A stretch of 56,767 nucleotides of DNA from a virus (lineage: Duplodnaviria; Caudoviricetes). Positions within the stretch are counted from its first letter, which is position 1, and each line of letters opens with the position of its first letter. The notes under the pieces were generated by a model. That model had not been told where the DNA came from and ran no database searches. It was given only the letters and a program-made list of their open reading frames with translations. Of the stretch, positions 26,269 to 38,921 are shown in pieces. The DNA lies in IMG/VR virus record IMGVR_UViG_3300036717_000095, positions 1 to 56,767 of that record; one strand, written 5' to 3'. The translations under genes were made by a program, and so were the position numbers.

Positions 26269-29200
26269 TATTGGTTCACCGTTGTGGTTGCGCCCTTGAT
26301 AACGGGGGACCCAAGGAACAAGGTACTTGGCATACCCGTAATTACTGTATTGGCGTTATCCGGGAATGGTCCAGGACCGGAGCAACCAGGGGCCGAGGTG
26401 CATTTATAGATGTTCGCCAAGAAGGCGGCATCGATGTACTGGATTCGAGCGCCGATGTCGGCGTTGTCTGTGCATGGCGTTGGACCGGAGTAGCAAGGTG
26501 TGGTAAGAGGATCGTTGGCGATTCCGAAGTAGGAACTGTTCCCGCCGCAGGCCGCAAATCCGGCAGGAGTGTTCCCACAGAGTTCGTAACCGTGGTAGTC
26601 AGGGAGGGTGAGAAACACCTGTCCATTCAACATTCCAACGAATCCGACACACTCCCCATTCGGCGTTGTGGTCGAGCAGTAGGGAGTCGCGGGGAAGAAC
26701 ATACTAGGAAGACCGTACTGCGGAGGAGAACCCGGAAGAGCTGGCGGTGATCCCGCGCCTGTGAAGGTGCAACTGATAGGCACGGAGGAGCTGGTCGGGC
26801 TACAACCGCTGTTTGTACACACGCCAAGGGTGGAGCTGGTCGTCAAACACCCTGTCCCCGTGCATGTGTCTGGATCTGGAAATGAGGGGTTGTTACCAAA
26901 CTCTACATAGCACCCTTGACTGGTCTGAGTGAATTGGCCATTTCGACCAGGCCAGACCACATTGTAAGCGGACAAGGTAAAGTAGTCGTAATTGAAAAAC
27001 TCGGTCGTCCCTCCTTCATGCGGCAGGTTGGTCGAGGAGTTGTACCAACCTGATGCAGGACATGAGGTTAGGGTACTGTTCGAACAGTTGGGAGGAGGAC
27101 TGACAAAAATGTCGTTCAGTAAGGAAGCATTCTGAATGAACGGTGACCCTCTGGTGCTGGATGCGCCTTGTCCGATAGGCGTGGAGGCATCGCTTACGAA
27201 CGTCATGTGCTGCCAGCCGATCGACTTCGGACTGCCCATCACGTTGCTGATGACGCAAAGACCCGTGTTGTCGGCAGATTGTCCGGACAGGCTCCAGTCA
27301 TAACTTACTTGAGCATTGGATGGAGTAAAGCTACCCAACCAGGGGGCCGTGCCGTAGATTGACCCGCTGGTATAAGCCAAAGCTCCGGGGCCGACACTGG
27401 CGGGGGTGATGTTACCGCCGACTGTCTGTGTAACGTACTGAGTCTGACCCGAAGCACCGAAAGAATAGGAGTTGCAATCGGACGGAGACGCGCCTAAAGT
27501 CGGGGCGTTGAGTCTCCCCACCGAGGTAATCATCACCGCGTCACCTGTGTACATGTCCATCACCTGGTAGCCAACAGCGGCGTTAGACGAGGGGCAGTTT
27601 AGACCAGAAGTACAGGTGTTCAGGATCGGGTTGGCGTTGTTGGCAGGGCAAGCACCCGCGCCGGTACTCAAATTAGTAGTGCAGGAATTTGCTTGGTCTA
27701 CTCCGCTGGCGTTTGCCAACAAGACCCAACTCTCGGTGACGCTACCGGTATGGGGATATGCGCCAGAATCCACACATTGAAAACCCCCGTAGTAAGGAGC
27801 GCCCGCGCTAGCAGCAGAGTTGTTATTGGCGTTGGCGTATCCGTAAATGAAGATGTAAGCCCCATTGAGTTGAATCGCTGGGTTCGTAGGTGTAACAGAA
27901 GCACCAGTCGTTAACGTAACTGTCGTACCCGCTGGCGTAGTGGTTTGAACACTAGCGATCGTGGTAATGAGATCGGCTCCAAGGGGACCCGCTCCTGCAA
28001 CAACAATACCAGCGCCGGTCATGTCCGGCCCAGGGGCGTTCATCGTGTTGTTTGAAAAAGTGCCTGCAGGGGCTGTCAGCGTGGTGCCAGAAATCGTGGT
28101 CTTGGTCGTGATGTAAAACGGCGATCCGCAAAGCGTGGCATTCGATGCAGCGGAGTTCTTGTAGAGATTGTAAAGAGTGTATCCGCTGGGGATGGTCCCT
28201 ACGTAGTGAGGAGGAAAGGTTCCGCCTGTGCAGGTGGTATCCGCGCAAGCGGAGATAGTGACCGCGCCTGCTTCAATCGAGGCGATGCCTTGAGCTGTGG
28301 CTACCCCACCAACCTCACTGATAACCGCGTTCCATGTCTGACTAGCAGAAGAAAAAGCGGTACCATAGCTGTCGCTACTACAGCCCGGATTGGTTTGAGT
28401 AATGTGATAACCCAGAGCATCGAGGAAGCTGAAACGCTGTTGACCGAAGGAAGACCCGTCCCCGTTAGAGGAGGAACCGCTTGAGTTAGCTGACCGACCT
28501 CCAATATCCGCAAAATCGTTGCAATGATTGCGCGACATGTAGTCTGTCACAGTGATGTCGTTCATTGCGGTGTTGTAGGCTTGTCCCCTGGGTTGGCCTG
28601 AGATTGATCGAGTAGCATCGGCGAAACAGATTCCATTCTGACCGCCGCTGTTATCGACGTTTTCACACAAGAAACCACTGATGATAACCCGAGCGCCTTG
28701 TTTTATCTCCAGACCGTTCTTACGGGTAAGGTCTCCGAAACCGTTATAGAACAAAGCTCCTGGAATGGCGGTGCTCCCTGTCGAAGCGGTTACAGCGATC
28801 AACGTTGGACAACTGTTTGCGGCAGGGCCGGGCCAAGAACAACCGCCGATGGCGTTTCCCAGACTTCCTACTTGACCGCCATTCGGAGCTTGGGTCGCGG
28901 TGAAAATTGCTCCGGAAGACTGATCGTACCAAGTACCGGCTGCGGGCGACCCTGTGTAAGCGCTAATGACAAGGGTTTTTGTACCGGAACCTCCTGTAAC
29001 AGAATTGACGGCATAAGCCGCGAGAGTTGAGTCGTTGTTTTGCCACAGCAAGTCGTTCGCCGCGATGTTGCCTGATGGTAAAGTCCCCGAGAGTGAGTAG
29101 TTACCGATCGAGTTGACAGTATAGGTTGCACAAGCTCCCGTGGACTGTGGACAGAAACGGATAGAGCCGCCGTTCAGAACGTTCGCAGAAGACAAAGAGT

Positions 29201-32200
29201 CGTGAAACTGCTGTCCGGCAACATAAGTGATGAAAAGTTCGTTCGCCGAAACACAGGTCATCCTCGGGCCGGGAGTCGGGCAGTTGTTAGGAACGCTGGA
29301 AGCAGTGCTGGTTGATCCCCCGGTGAAGTAGGTAGGAAGGTTGTTTCCGAAGCCACCTGAAAACGCATTGAGATACGGCGGGGTATAACAGGCGTTATTC
29401 AGATTGGAATACCAGGTTACTGACGAGGACAGATTGACGGAATCATTGCATTGCGTTCCCAACCATGAGTAGGGGAACGTTCCGATGTTTCGGCGTAGCT
29501 CCGCATCGGTAGCGGGATTGTACATCAACCATGCGGGGGCCTGTGAAGATCCTCCCGCAAACATGGAGCTGGATTGACCTTCGAAGGAGTTGTTGACCAT
29601 TTTAATGGTGTTGGCATCAATGCTAGCAGCGTGGACTTCGCTGCCGGGGCTGATCCCCATGCTGAACTTACTGCCCTCCATGGAGCAGTAATAACAACCC
29701 CCCATCGTTATGCCACTCGATACACGATTCACACCGGAAGACAAACTGGTATAATCCCCGTGCATCCATACATCACGAAAGTGAATGTGGGTGGCGTAAT
29801 TGGTGTAACAGGAGGCGGGGAACGGCGGATAAACGCAAGAGGATGGAGGCGTGGTTTGGTTCTCAACCCCACCGCCGAGAATGATTAGGTCGTTAGCATC
29901 GATCGCTGCTTGACATCCTCTAGGCGATGTTGGTGTAGGTCCTCCAAAGTTTACTTGAGAGTAAGGTCCAGGACATTCCGCGATCGCCAGACCTTGAAAG
30001 TGAACGTGGTCGGGGCCGTTGGCGAAAGAGCAATTCACACCAGCCGTAGCGTTGCTGGTGACGTTGATGCTGCTGCACAGACCGAGAGGGACACAACCTT
30101 TTGTGTTGCATTCAATTTCCGGCATGTACTGCCGGTAGTTGTATTTCGCGACTTGAGCCTGGACACCGTTCGCCAGAGAGAAAAGCCCCGTGCCGTTGAC
30201 GATGTTTCCGCAGGCTCCTGGGTTTAACGGGAAGGTCAAACCCGAGCTGGGTCCAAGGTTGTAGACAACGCAGGTGCCTGCGGGATGGGGAAACAAGAAG
30301 CTGGCGTAGAGGCCGCTCTGGTTCGCGATAACCGCCAACGCGACCACAGGGCTAGGAGCCGGAGCGGGGGAAGTGCAGGCCGCTCCTCCATTGAGAAAAG
30401 ATAGAGTCCCAGATCCAACCGCACTCACGTAGAAGGTGCCGTTGCAAGCGACTGGCAGAAGACCAGTGACACCGATCTGAGTTCCCACAGGAGCATTGAG
30501 CGTGGGGGATATGAGGATCGTCTCGGTACACGGCGCGGCGATCGTGCAAGCGCCCGAGGTGGACGCGGAAGAAATTGTGGCCGAGAGGGAGGTTCCAGAT
30601 CCCGGAGCCCCGATCGGAGTGACTGTCTCTTGATTCACCCCGGTATCAACAGTGATACTGCCTCCGTTGACGAGAACGGGAGAAACATAGTCGTTGTTCA
30701 AAGGGACTAATTGAGCGCAGGGGTATGTTCCGCAAGTCACTGCCGTCAGAGTCGTGGTGTTGATTGAGACGGTCGTGCGACCCGTGATTAGGCCAGCGAT
30801 GTTCTGCATCCCCAGGTCGTAATACATGTTCGTGCCGGTGCAATCCGCGTTATCGATTCGAGGATTCGCGGTGCTCGGAACCTCAGGGGTGTTGTCTAAC
30901 AATCCTCCATCACATACTGGCTCGGGCATTCCCGCCAACACCTGGTACATGGTGGAACGAATGATGAGAGGCGCGATGGTTGTACTGGCCGATGTTTGAG
31001 GGATAATCGTGCCGTTATAAGCAACGTTTTGATTGCAGTATGCCCCACCGTAGAGATTCGCCGTCGCTGTGGGCTGCAGGACGTTCGGGAAAGGTCCAGG
31101 GATCTGACAACCAAGGTTAGGGGGATCGGTCGGACAAGTCCCTGCGGCAGTACACGAAGGGTCTCCTGGAAGACCAGGAGAAACATCGATAATGAAGCTG
31201 AGATAGACTGGGGGTGTGAGAGATAACCCGAGCGTGTGGCATCTGTCGGCGGCGGTGATGAAGCTTTGAAGACCGGTACCGGTCGTTGGAAACGTCGAGA
31301 AATTAAACACAGCGTTGTTACAAGAAGCACCCAACCCGACAGGGGTGACCCCAACTTTCCATCCACCAGCTCCTAACACATATTCGTTCTGGCATCCTCC
31401 CGTTGGCGAAGTAGTACAAGGGACATTGGCGATGCTCGTATATCCGGACGTAATCGCAGGAGAAACTGCGCCGGTAGCACTGTAGCAACCGTTCGTGTAG
31501 TTCGTGCCGGTGCCGTACTGATTCCCCGCTGCATTGATCGCACAGGTTAACTCGTTGTTATCCACCCATTGGTTCGGTTGGGAGGCGATGATGACAGAAG
31601 GAACAAACGCTGGGTAACAATTCGCCGCGTTGAACGATAAGTGGCCTCCGGTCCCATCCAGCGGCCCGTTCATTGTGTTGAGGTAGCAGTCCATCGCGGG
31701 ATTGCTACTGACCCGCCCGCCTAAAGACGACGTGCTGCACGTTCCGACACCACATTGGGAGTTCTTGGTGCAACGCTGTCCGGCGTAAGTTCCTGATGAA
31801 CAGAGACCAACGTTTCCACCCGTGAGTTCAGAACCGATTCCAGGGAAAGGTTCGCCCTGCCAAAACGATGGGCTGCTGGCTAGATATAAGGATGGGTAGG
31901 AACTGAAAATCGTGCTCGGTGTTTGAAGAGCGGGATAGCTAGTGGCTACATATCCTCTCTCATCACCAGTCCCTGTGACGTTCGCGGTGCAGTAACTTGG
32001 GGTTCCCGTTCCAGTGCAAAAACGAGCAAGATTGCTAACTGTATCAAAGTTACCCCACCGCATCGCTGTGGATTCCGTCAATTGTTCGCTGGCGATAGGA
32101 TTGCCCGTGTCGCACAGACCTTGAGTGGCGGCAAACCCAAAGCTGTAGATGGACGTGTTGAAAGTGGCGTTTGTCGGACTCGGGCAGGTGCTTCCGTTGT

Positions 32201-34280
32201 AACTAGATTCGTAAGTTAGATGGTAGGAACTGGTGCCTAGAACGTTATTGACGATGTTCCAATACCGGCTATGAGAAGCGAGGTTTATTGGGAGCGTCTG
32301 CAAAGTACAAGGAACCGACACACAAGTCGAGTCAACACCATTGTAGTAATTCCGGAAGTCGGTCCCGAAGTTATGGGTACCGTGAATTGTGTCGGTTTCC
32401 TGTCCGGAAGCAATGTTTCCCTCGTGCAGGTTGTAGCAATTTCCAGCGTCATGGGAGATGGTTGTGGGTATGAGCCAGTACGAGAGCGGCGGGGAGTAGA
32501 AATCCCACAGCCCGAAGTTGTAGGAAAACACGTTGCCGCAGGTTGTTCCTTCGAGGTGCGGGGCGGCGATCTGCTGAAAAATGTTATTGTCGAACCGATT
32601 GTCGCTGGCCGCTACCCAAGGCTCGATGCCGTAACTCTCAGACAGACCGTGTTGAGTTTGATAGAAGTAATCACTTTCGACGAGATTGTGGGCCGAGTAT
32701 TGCAGCCAAATATGATCTCGGAGACCATGAGCAGAGGCAACACCTGTCACCCAGTTTCCAACCGCATTGATGATCCCCATACCACCAACAGGTGGGTTGC
32801 AAGGAAAGCCGTATTGGAAGCAATTCAGAACGTAGCTGTAATCGATCCCGAAGTTCTCAATGCCGACACCTTGAATGGTGGAAGCGGCCCAATACGCTCC
32901 GGGGTTTTGTCCCGTCCTCCAGTTCGGCATGTACAGACCTGGGGAAATGACAACAGAAGTGCTACCGCCACCAGCCGTGCAGGATGTACCCGGTGTGGTG
33001 ATTGTTCCACACTGGGTTACTTGGACCATCTGGGCTTGATTACGATCGGGATATTTTCCGTTCGCGCATACGTTGGATGTGCCTGCAACTGTACCGGGGT
33101 AAATTCCGACATTACGTCCGGGGGCTGTACTTGCGGCAGAATTGTCGTTAGCAAAGTAAGTAGGCGCACCAAAAGGAACGCCACAGCTTCCTGTGTTATT
33201 CGTGGTGTCTGCAACCAGAACCGGTGTAGGTATGTTGGGGTAATCCCAGACATCGTTCTCTTGGTCCAAAATGATCCACTGGCCGACAGACAGGTTGGAG
33301 ACAGAACCCAATGTGATCGCCGTGGCCCCTTGAGTGTAGCCGCTTGTCCATGTCGTTGTGAAACTATGAACGCCGTCTCCTGCGTTTCCAATCCACTGTT
33401 CCGCACCTTGTACGCAGAAAGCCACAGATGTGATACAGGAGGAGACGGGGCCAACCGGGTAGAGAGTGGTTCCCGAACCACTCGCCCCACGGAAGGTAAA
33501 GTTACTGACGTTGATAGATATCCCGGTCGTATAGAAAGTACCGGCTGCGATGTTGACAACGCAATGCGATGCGGCGGCAACAGCGGCATTGATAGCAGCG
33601 CCGTTTGCTGTACCGCTCACAGCTTGAACAGTTCCTGCCGGGCCAACAGACGGCCAGGTTTTAGTGCCGCCAAGAGTGTAAGTGAAGGTCTCAGGTCCGA
33701 CCGTGGCGATTAACCACGCGCCGTCATAGCTTTGATTGGTGACGGTAGCCCCTGTTACAGAGGTGACCGCTGTTGGAAAGAAGTTCACCTGCGTACCGCT
33801 GATAAATGGAGCCACAATCGTGGTCGTTAGAGCAGCCCCACCGACACCCGCACCGGCAATCGTGATCGGATCGCCTATCATTGAGGAGTTGAAAACGGAG
33901 GTACTGCTGGTCAGAAGACCGCTGTTCGAAATTACGTTTACTGCTCCGGTAACCGTGAGTGGTGTGTTGACACCCGAGATCAACACATACTCTCCCACCG
34001 TCAGGTGAGGGGTAAGAGGGGAAGACGTGTTTCCGGTGACGGTGCTGCCGCTCACTGAGATCGAGCTTAGGTTGATAGAGGAGTCGGGAGCAATCAACGT
34101 TGGCTGGGTAGCGCAGGCGTTGTTGCGAACCGTTGGCAATACCCCAGCGGTCGGCCAGGCATCGGTAGCCCGTGCTGGCGCAAGCAACCCCCCATAGAGT
34201 GGCCCGCCAGAAGGGTGGACTTGGGGCTGGACGCGCCCGCAAAAGGCCAGTGCGAGAATGAGAACAAAAAATCGTTTCAT
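26268..34280 (-). CDS. giant (2670 aa) Cys-rich parallel beta-helix (pectin-lyase-like/tailspike-like) protein with signal peptide
   Basis: [19 protein letters not shown]|Q; [12 protein letters not shown]...VNIAAGTFY...[11 protein letters not shown] beta-helix cap; Asn-ladder segments ([22 protein letters not shown]); many Cys pairs. Confidence 0.75.
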   Translation of the reverse strand: MKRFFVLILALAFCGRVQPQVHPSGGPLYGGLLAPARATDAWPTAGVLPTVRNNACATQPTLIAPDSSINLSSISVSGSTVTGNTSSPLTPHLTVGEYVLISGVNTPLTVTGAVNVISNSGLLTSSTSVFNSSMIGDPITIAGAGVGGAALTTTIVAPFISGTQVNFFPTAVTSVTGATVTNQSYDGAWLIATVGPETFTYTLGGTKTWPSVGPAGTVQAVSGTANGAAINAAVAAASHCVVNIAAGTFYTTGISINVSNFTFRGASGSGTTLYPVGPVSSCITSVAFCVQGAEQWIGNAGDGVHSFTTTWTSGYTQGATAITLGSVSNLSVGQWIILDQENDVWDYPNIPTPVLVADTTNNTGSCGVPFGAPTYFANDNSAASTAPGRNVGIYPGTVAGTSNVCANGKYPDRNQAQMVQVTQCGTITTPGTSCTAGGGSTSVVISPGLYMPNWRTGQNPGAYWAASTIQGVGIENFGIDYSYVLNCFQYGFPCNPPVGGMGIINAVGNWVTGVASAHGLRDHIWLQYSAHNLVESDYFYQTQHGLSESYGIEPWVAASDNRFDNNIFQQIAAPHLEGTTCGNVFSYNFGLWDFYSPPLSYWLIPTTISHDAGNCYNLHEGNIASGQETDTIHGTHNFGTDFRNYYNGVDSTCVSVPCTLQTLPINLASHSRYWNIVNNVLGTSSYHLTYESSYNGSTCPSPTNATFNTSIYSFGFAATQGLCDTGNPIASEQLTESTAMRWGNFDTVSNLARFCTGTGTPSYCTANVTGTGDERGYVATSYPALQTPSTIFSSYPSLYLASSPSFWQGEPFPGIGSELTGGNVGLCSSGTYAGQRCTKNSQCGVGTCSTSSLGGRVSSNPAMDCYLNTMNGPLDGTGGHLSFNAANCYPAFVPSVIIASQPNQWVDNNELTCAINAAGNQYGTGTNYTNGCYSATGAVSPAITSGYTSIANVPCTTSPTGGCQNEYVLGAGGWKVGVTPVGLGASCNNAVFNFSTFPTTGTGLQSFITAADRCHTLGLSLTPPVYLSFIIDVSPGLPGDPSCTAAGTCPTDPPNLGCQIPGPFPNVLQPTATANLYGGAYCNQNVAYNGTIIPQTSASTTIAPLIIRSTMYQVLAGMPEPVCDGGLLDNTPEVPSTANPRIDNADCTGTNMYYDLGMQNIAGLITGRTTVSINTTTLTAVTCGTYPCAQLVPLNNDYVSPVLVNGGSITVDTGVNQETVTPIGAPGSGTSLSATISSASTSGACTIAAPCTETILISPTLNAPVGTQIGVTGLLPVACNGTFYVSAVGSGTLSFLNGGAACTSPAPAPSPVVALAVIANQSGLYASFLFPHPAGTCVVYNLGPSSGLTFPLNPGACGNIVNGTGLFSLANGVQAQVAKYNYRQYMPEIECNTKGCVPLGLCSSINVTSNATAGVNCSFANGPDHVHFQGLAIAECPGPYSQVNFGGPTPTSPRGCQAAIDANDLIILGGGVENQTTPPSSCVYPPFPASCYTNYATHIHFRDVWMHGDYTSLSSGVNRVSSGITMGGCYYCSMEGSKFSMGISPGSEVHAASIDANTIKMVNNSFEGQSSSMFAGGSSQAPAWLMYNPATDAELRRNIGTFPYSWLGTQCNDSVNLSSSVTWYSNLNNACYTPPYLNAFSGGFGNNLPTYFTGGSTSTASSVPNNCPTPGPRMTCVSANELFITYVAGQQFHDSLSSANVLNGGSIRFCPQSTGACATYTVNSIGNYSLSGTLPSGNIAANDLLWQNNDSTLAAYAVNSVTGGSGTKTLVISAYTGSPAAGTWYDQSSGAIFTATQAPNGGQVGSLGNAIGGCSWPGPAANSCPTLIAVTASTGSTAIPGALFYNGFGDLTRKNGLEIKQGARVIISGFLCENVDNSGGQNGICFADATRSISGQPRGQAYNTAMNDITVTDYMSRNHCNDFADIGGRSANSSGSSSNGDGSSFGQQRFSFLDALGYHITQTNPGCSSDSYGTAFSSASQTWNAVISEVGGVATAQGIASIEAGAVTISACADTTCTGGTFPPHYVGTIPSGYTLYNLYKNSAASNATLCGSPFYITTKTTISGTTLTAPAGTFSNNTMNAPGPDMTGAGIVVAGAGPLGADLITTIASVQTTTPAGTTVTLTTGASVTPTNPAIQLNGAYIFIYGYANANNNSAASAGAPYYGGFQCVDSGAYPHTGSVTESWVLLANASGVDQANSCTTNLSTGAGACPANNANPILNTCTSGLNCPSSNAAVGYQVMDMYTGDAVMITSVGRLNAPTLGASPSDCNSYSFGASGQTQYVTQTVGGNITPASVGPGALAYTSGSIYGTAPWLGSFTPSNAQVSYDWSLSGQSADNTGLCVISNVMGSPKSIGWQHMTFVSDASTPIGQGASSTRGSPFIQNASLLNDIFVSPPPNCSNSTLTSCPASGWYNSSTNLPHEGGTTEFFNYDYFTLSAYNVVWPGRNGQFTQTSQGCYVEFGNNPSFPDPDTCTGTGCLTTSSTLGVCTNSGCSPTSSSVPISCTFTGAGSPPALPGSPPQYGLPSMFFPATPYCSTTTPNGECVGFVGMLNGQVFLTLPDYHGYELCGNTPAGFAACGGNSSYFGIANDPLTTPCYSGPTPCTDNADIGARIQYIDAAFLANIYKCTSAPGCSGPGPFPDNANTVITGMPSTLFLGSPVIKGATTTVNQ

Positions 34281-34293
34281 AGGCAACAAGAAT

Positions 34294-35379
34294 TTAACTT
34301 TGGGTGAAAGCAATACCACTTACAGTGAGACGGTCGGTGACGTGGGTTAACCAGTAAGGCGCGTAAAAATTATTTGAACCGCTAGCGCAAGTGAAAGACA
34401 CTGCGTACCCGTACCCAGGAGCACCGCTAGCAACAGGGGCGGGTGTAATTCCACTCCAGCACCCAGCGGCGGATGTACTGTTCCCGAGGTAGGCCGTACC
34501 TCCTGTGGTCGTTCCTAGATTCGACACCGAGCTGAATGAAAACGTGGAAGAACTGGTTGTAGCTACAGAGAACACGCCGTTGTATCCCGTGTTGCCGCTC
34601 ATAGTTACAGTGTTCGATCCAATTGGAGGGTTCAGGGAACTACTGCACACAACTGTGTAGGGACTGCTACTACCGCTGGTAAAACAGGTGGTTACAGCAT
34701 CGCTAACTGGACCAAGACCGGAGCTTGCCCCACCAGTAGGATAACTTAAGGTTGAGATGCTTTCAATAACAGCATCGTTAGAGCTAGAAAGGGTCAGCCC
34801 TGCTCCCAGACACGGGTTTGAAGTGACTCCACAGCTTGCATTGCTGTTATTGGATACCGCTACTGTGTCTAAACTGAAAGGCCCGGTGCCTAGTAGCTCC
34901 ATCGCTATCACATGCCATGTCGCACCAGGGGCGGTAGCAGGAGCGATGGTAACTGTGATGCCGCCGCTGCTAGAGATGGCGGATAGGGAGCCCCCTAAGT
35001 TATATCCGCAATCGCTACTTTGCAAACCTGGACTCGTGCCTTGGTTAATATAGCAGCCAGCGAAGGTATTGGTGCATCCTGCACTGCAATAGTAGCCGGA
35101 ATTGCTGGCCGCATCGGTGATGCTGCTGATCGAATAGCCGGACGTATTGACAGATGCAGATACATACAGCATGTTGTTACTACCGGCTAATGTATTCGAC
35201 GGGAACTTGACCGTGCAGGTTGTGCTGCTCGAAGAGCAGTTTTGAACCGCAGACTGGCGAACAGTGAAGCTGGAGGCTCCAACCGGAGCCGGAGGCGCTG
35301 GGAAAGGAATAATAGCCTGCTCGAAACCGCAGAACAGACCTACAGTGAGAAGCAGCGAAAGGGCAACGATCGGCTTCAT
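34294..35379 (-). CDS. secreted-type Ser/Gly/Thr/Cys-rich fibre-like protein (361 aa)
   Basis: MKPIVALSLLLTVGLFCGFE|Q; TVRQSA..CSSS..TCTV.F..NT.AG beta-sandwich-like pattern. Confidence 0.7.
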   Translation of the reverse strand: MKPIVALSLLLTVGLFCGFEQAIIPFPAPPAPVGASSFTVRQSAVQNCSSSSTTCTVKFPSNTLAGSNNMLYVSASVNTSGYSISSITDAASNSGYYCSAGCTNTFAGCYINQGTSPGLQSSDCGYNLGGSLSAISSSGGITVTIAPATAPGATWHVIAMELLGTGPFSLDTVAVSNNSNASCGVTSNPCLGAGLTLSSSNDAVIESISTLSYPTGGASSGLGPVSDAVTTCFTSGSSSPYTVVCSSSLNPPIGSNTVTMSGNTGYNGVFSVATTSSSTFSFSSVSNLGTTTGGTAYLGNSTSAAGCWSGITPAPVASGAPGYGYAVSFTCASGSNNFYAPYWLTHVTDRLTVSGIAFTQS

Positions 35380-37853
35380 TATCGAACGACGCTCCAGTTC
35401 AGCACTACCGTACCGGGTGTTTGGGAGGTAGAAGTCCAGTTACACACATCGAAGTTGACAAACCCTGCTGTGGGGTAAGCGGCAATACTAAGACCACCAG
35501 AGGTACCGGGAGTGAAACCGCTTTGAGCTTTGATAGAAGCGTTTGGCGTCCAGAAGATGACATCAGCCGTGGTCACGTTAGTGGCTGCGATGCTGTTAAC
35601 CGATCCTGCGGTAACGGCCTGACACGCTCCACTGGCGATGCTGGCAGTATCTAGAGTCACTGTGCCGGAGGTAACACTGCTGTTCGCCACGGTCTGAGTA
35701 AGAGTACCTGGCGAGGCGGCGGGAATTGGGATCAACATGGTCACCGTGCCAAGGGCCGTGCCGGTAACCGGCTCTAGACTCAACGTCCCACCTGAGGAAC
35801 TGGCAAACTTCAGCACACCACTCGTCGTTGATGTGATACCGAGCGTGGGGGTCGCTGTCCAGCCAGAAACCGTGGTGCTGGTGGTGTTCGGCACCTGACC
35901 CGCTGCGGCAGAGGTGGAGGAAGAGCTTAACCCGCCTTCACCGATCGAGATCCCCGTACCGCTCCAAACTCCTGTTGTCACTGCACCGGTGCTACTGACT
36001 TCGAACTTCAACGTGCCGCCTGATAGACCCCCGGTCGCACTTACGGTGCCACCGGCGTACATACGTAAGAAATCACCTGTGTCCGAACTGCCTTCATTGA
36101 TGACGAATGGGATTTGGTTAGCACCTGCTCCCGTGGTTCCGACCAGTAAGGCTCCCGTGGTTGCGGTGCCCGCGTTCAAGTTGCTATAGACGTAAGGGAA
36201 CGTTAGGGCTGAGGTTTCAACTCCAGCGAAAGTGATGCTGTTGCCTGCCGCCGTTTCAGTGATCGCGACACTGGCGGCATTAGAACCCGTGATAGAGGAG
36301 AGGACGGAAGAGCCGCTACCCCCGCAAGCCGAACCAGTATTCGAAACTTGTCCGCTGGTGTTAATTTGGAGGCAGTTGGTTCCGCTTCCAGCTTCGATAC
36401 CTGTTAGAAGGAGACCATTAGCCCCACTTCCGGAGATTGTGAAGCTCGTGCTTGCAGCCATCGCGGTCGCATTTTGGAGCGTGATGCCAGCACCTGTAGT
36501 TGCAATGCTCAGACTACCATCCGTCGCGGCTCCTAAACTGGCGACTCCGGAAGTAGAGCCGCTCAGAAAAACACGGCCATTTGATCCACCGGTCAGACCG
36601 AGATTTAGAGTTGTTCCGCCAGCCGTTGTGATCGTGGCATTCGCTACCGTATTGGGGCAGGCACCCGTGCCTCCTCCGACAACGATTCCGTTGTTCGCCA
36701 ACAGAGTGGAAGTGGTGAGCGAAGAAGATGAGGTAGCGCAAACCACACCTCCCGAGGTTGCTGTATTCCCGCCGACCGCCTGGGGAAATGCGATCGAAGC
36801 GGTAGACGTTACCCACTGCAGGGTCGTGCTGGACCCTGTTGCGCTTGCGGCGTTCAAATACTGTCCGGCAGTCCCCGGCGCGGATGGGAAAATAAAGTTG
36901 TAAGCCGTACCACTAGTACCAGCCATCAAGCCGACACCGATTCCAGTACCAGGGGCGGCTTGGGCGGTTCCGTAACCCAAGACGATTTGGGAAGCAGTCG
37001 AGGCAGTGCCGCTAAAGGTTGCGGTGCCTCCGTTCAAACTCAGACCCGTGCTAATGCCGCTGTTCGGAGCCGATCCAGAGTTCGCGCCAATGGTGACTGT
37101 GGTGCCGTACAGGAAGGTGGTGCTTGATCCCGTGGCATTGGACAGAGCATTGACCAAGCCGGAGTTACCGAGGAGGAAGTTGACGTTGAGGGCGGGACTC
37201 GTTGGGCCTGAACCTAAGAACAGACTGTTGGCATTGTTGTCTGACAGGATGACGGCTGAATTTGTTCCGGTGTGATTGGCAAAAGTCAGACCACCACATC
37301 CCACACAAGGTCCGTCAAAACCCAAACCAAATTGTGTGGAGGACATGGTTAGGAAGTTAGTGTTGACATCCGAAATCGTAAGTCCGGAGGTAGTCGTCTG
37401 GATCTTATTGAGATTCGGAGAAGAGTTTGAATCCAGAATCGTGATGCCAGAGGACTGCAGCGTGATTGAGTTTGTTCCACCGCTGCCACTCAAACTGACG
37501 GTGTTGCTTCCATTCTTCAAACCCAGGACGGTCTGAGAGCAACCCCAGGTCGCAACACCGCTTGTGTTGGTGGACACTAGGACCTGGCCGACCGGAGAAG
37601 AACACTGTTCCAAGCCGATCGTATTAGGAGCGGACCCGGCATAAGCCAAGCCACCGTTCGAAGTAAGACCGGTTACAACACCGCCCGTAGAAGTACAAGA
37701 CCAGGCCGTGCCGCTCCATTGCAGCACACCGTTTGAAGCGCATGTCGATCCACTGATTTGAGAGATGTCGATCTGGGCAGAAGCTGGAAGAGATGCAAGA
37801 CAGACAAGGAAGACGATCAGGAGAAGTAACTTAGTAGCGATACCAGGCCGCAA
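35379..37853 (-). CDS. secreted-type tail-fibre-like protein (824 aa)
   Basis: MRPGIATKLLLLIVFLVCLASLPASA|Q; fibre motifs VLQWSGTAWSC, FIFPSAPGTAGQYL...LQWV, CLQINTSGQVSNTG..C, GTGISIGEGG; C-terminal VCNWTSTSQTP...LNWSVVR. Confidence 0.75.
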   Translation of the reverse strand: MRPGIATKLLLLIVFLVCLASLPASAQIDISQISGSTCASNGVLQWSGTAWSCTSTGGVVTGLTSNGGLAYAGSAPNTIGLEQCSSPVGQVLVSTNTSGVATWGCSQTVLGLKNGSNTVSLSGSGGTNSITLQSSGITILDSNSSPNLNKIQTTTSGLTISDVNTNFLTMSSTQFGLGFDGPCVGCGGLTFANHTGTNSAVILSDNNANSLFLGSGPTSPALNVNFLLGNSGLVNALSNATGSSTTFLYGTTVTIGANSGSAPNSGISTGLSLNGGTATFSGTASTASQIVLGYGTAQAAPGTGIGVGLMAGTSGTAYNFIFPSAPGTAGQYLNAASATGSSTTLQWVTSTASIAFPQAVGGNTATSGGVVCATSSSSLTTSTLLANNGIVVGGGTGACPNTVANATITTAGGTTLNLGLTGGSNGRVFLSGSTSGVASLGAATDGSLSIATTGAGITLQNATAMAASTSFTISGSGANGLLLTGIEAGSGTNCLQINTSGQVSNTGSACGGSGSSVLSSITGSNAASVAITETAAGNSITFAGVETSALTFPYVYSNLNAGTATTGALLVGTTGAGANQIPFVINEGSSDTGDFLRMYAGGTVSATGGLSGGTLKFEVSSTGAVTTGVWSGTGISIGEGGLSSSSTSAAAGQVPNTTSTTVSGWTATPTLGITSTTSGVLKFASSSGGTLSLEPVTGTALGTVTMLIPIPAASPGTLTQTVANSSVTSGTVTLDTASIASGACQAVTAGSVNSIAATNVTTADVIFWTPNASIKAQSGFTPGTSGGLSIAAYPTAGFVNFDVCNWTSTSQTPGTVVLNWSVVR

Positions 37854-38367
37854 GGATGTCTCCTGACTGGGGGGTGTTTGCTATCCCTCCGGCGAATGTG
37901 ATGTTGTTGGTGCTGAGGCTGTAATTCGTGCCCTGGAACTGAGTCAGTCCGTTTCGGGAAAGGACCAGAGAAGCGGCAGGACTCGGGGTATGAGCGAGAG
38001 TGAAAGCAAGAAGCGCTCCGTTCGGAACGCCGCCTGGAGTCTCGTCGTCACTGAAGTTGTAGACCGTCCCACTACTGCCTACATTGGTGAAGTCGGGTCG
38101 GGTATCGACCAGGGTGACGACATTCAGAAGACTGGTCACCACGGTCGCGATAGGAATGTTCCCCGAGGAATAACCCGTGGTGTTGACTCCGATTTGACCA
38201 GTCGAGGTGTTCAAGTACACGTAGCTGGTCGAGTTCGGGGAAAGAAAGATGAAGGTAAACGGAGAGAATGTTACCGAACCGTTGAGCCACAGACTTGCTG
38301 GACCAATCGCTACTTGAAGACCTTTCTCACTGGCAGTCGGGGCTAGTGCATTACTTAAAGCAATCAT
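37831..38367 (-). CDS. tail-fibre-associated adaptor-like protein (no signal peptide)
   Basis: YVYLNTSTG.I.VNTTG...IPIATVVT; C-terminal DETP.G..NG...FTLA..P.....L.RNGL.Q..G..Y......ITF...PQSGD.L.A.YRY module typical of phage fibre proteins. Confidence 0.65.
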   Translation of the reverse strand: MIALSNALAPTASEKGLQVAIGPASLWLNGSVTFSPFTFIFLSPNSTSYVYLNTSTGQIGVNTTGYSSGNIPIATVVTSLLNVVTLVDTRPDFTNVGSSGTVYNFSDDETPGGVPNGALLAFTLAHTPSPAASLVLSRNGLTQFQGTNYSLSTNNITFAGGIANTPQSGDILAAWYRY

Positions 38368-38921
38368 TAGAACCTCAGCCTGTCAGAGAGTTCAAGAATC
38401 AACTTCGAGCGGAGTACCAGGTTCTTGACGTGTTCCACTAATTCTTCATGGGTCACATCCGCAAATTCCAACTTCTTTACGCGCTTGGTTACTTCCAGCG
38501 CCTCTTTCGATGGGGCGGCTTTCTTATCCAGCTCCTGCAGGAGTAAAGCAGCAGTGACATCCCCTTGGGCTGAAAGCGTCTTGAGATCTTCTCGGGCCTG
38601 TCGCCTGGATACAAGAGTGGCCGTGATCGGGTTCTTCAGTTCCGCCTTGGCCTGATCGACCAGGGGAACCTCAGGCAGATCTACCTTTGGTTTGATGACG
38701 TGGTACTTGGTCTCTAAACCTCGCAGCAAATTCTCTTTATTGACTGCACAGTAAAACTTGCCATCGATCGAGACACTCCACTGACCGAGGTCGTAACGCA
38801 GGAGAAACCGCCTCCCATCGCTGAGTTTGATCTCATGGGGGGCGGTCTGTGCTTTGAACAAAGCGCGGCGAGATTGACCCTCAAAAGACGGGCCTGGAGA
38901 TCCGGAAGGAGAGTAAGCCAT
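38367..38921 (-). CDS. hypothetical protein (184 aa)
   Basis: TAATG coupling at both ends. Confidence 0.65.
   Translation of the reverse strand: MAYSPSGSPGPSFEGQSRRALFKAQTAPHEIKLSDGRRFLLRYDLGQWSVSIDGKFYCAVNKENLLRGLETKYHVIKPKVDLPEVPLVDQAKAELKNPITATLVSRRQAREDLKTLSAQGDVTAALLLQELDKKAAPSKEALEVTKRVKKLEFADVTHEELVEHVKNLVLRSKLILELSDRLRF

Noticed and set aside
32271-33713. 480-aa + strand ORF
   Set aside because: Antisense to the giant beta-helix gene; no motifs; explained by codon bias
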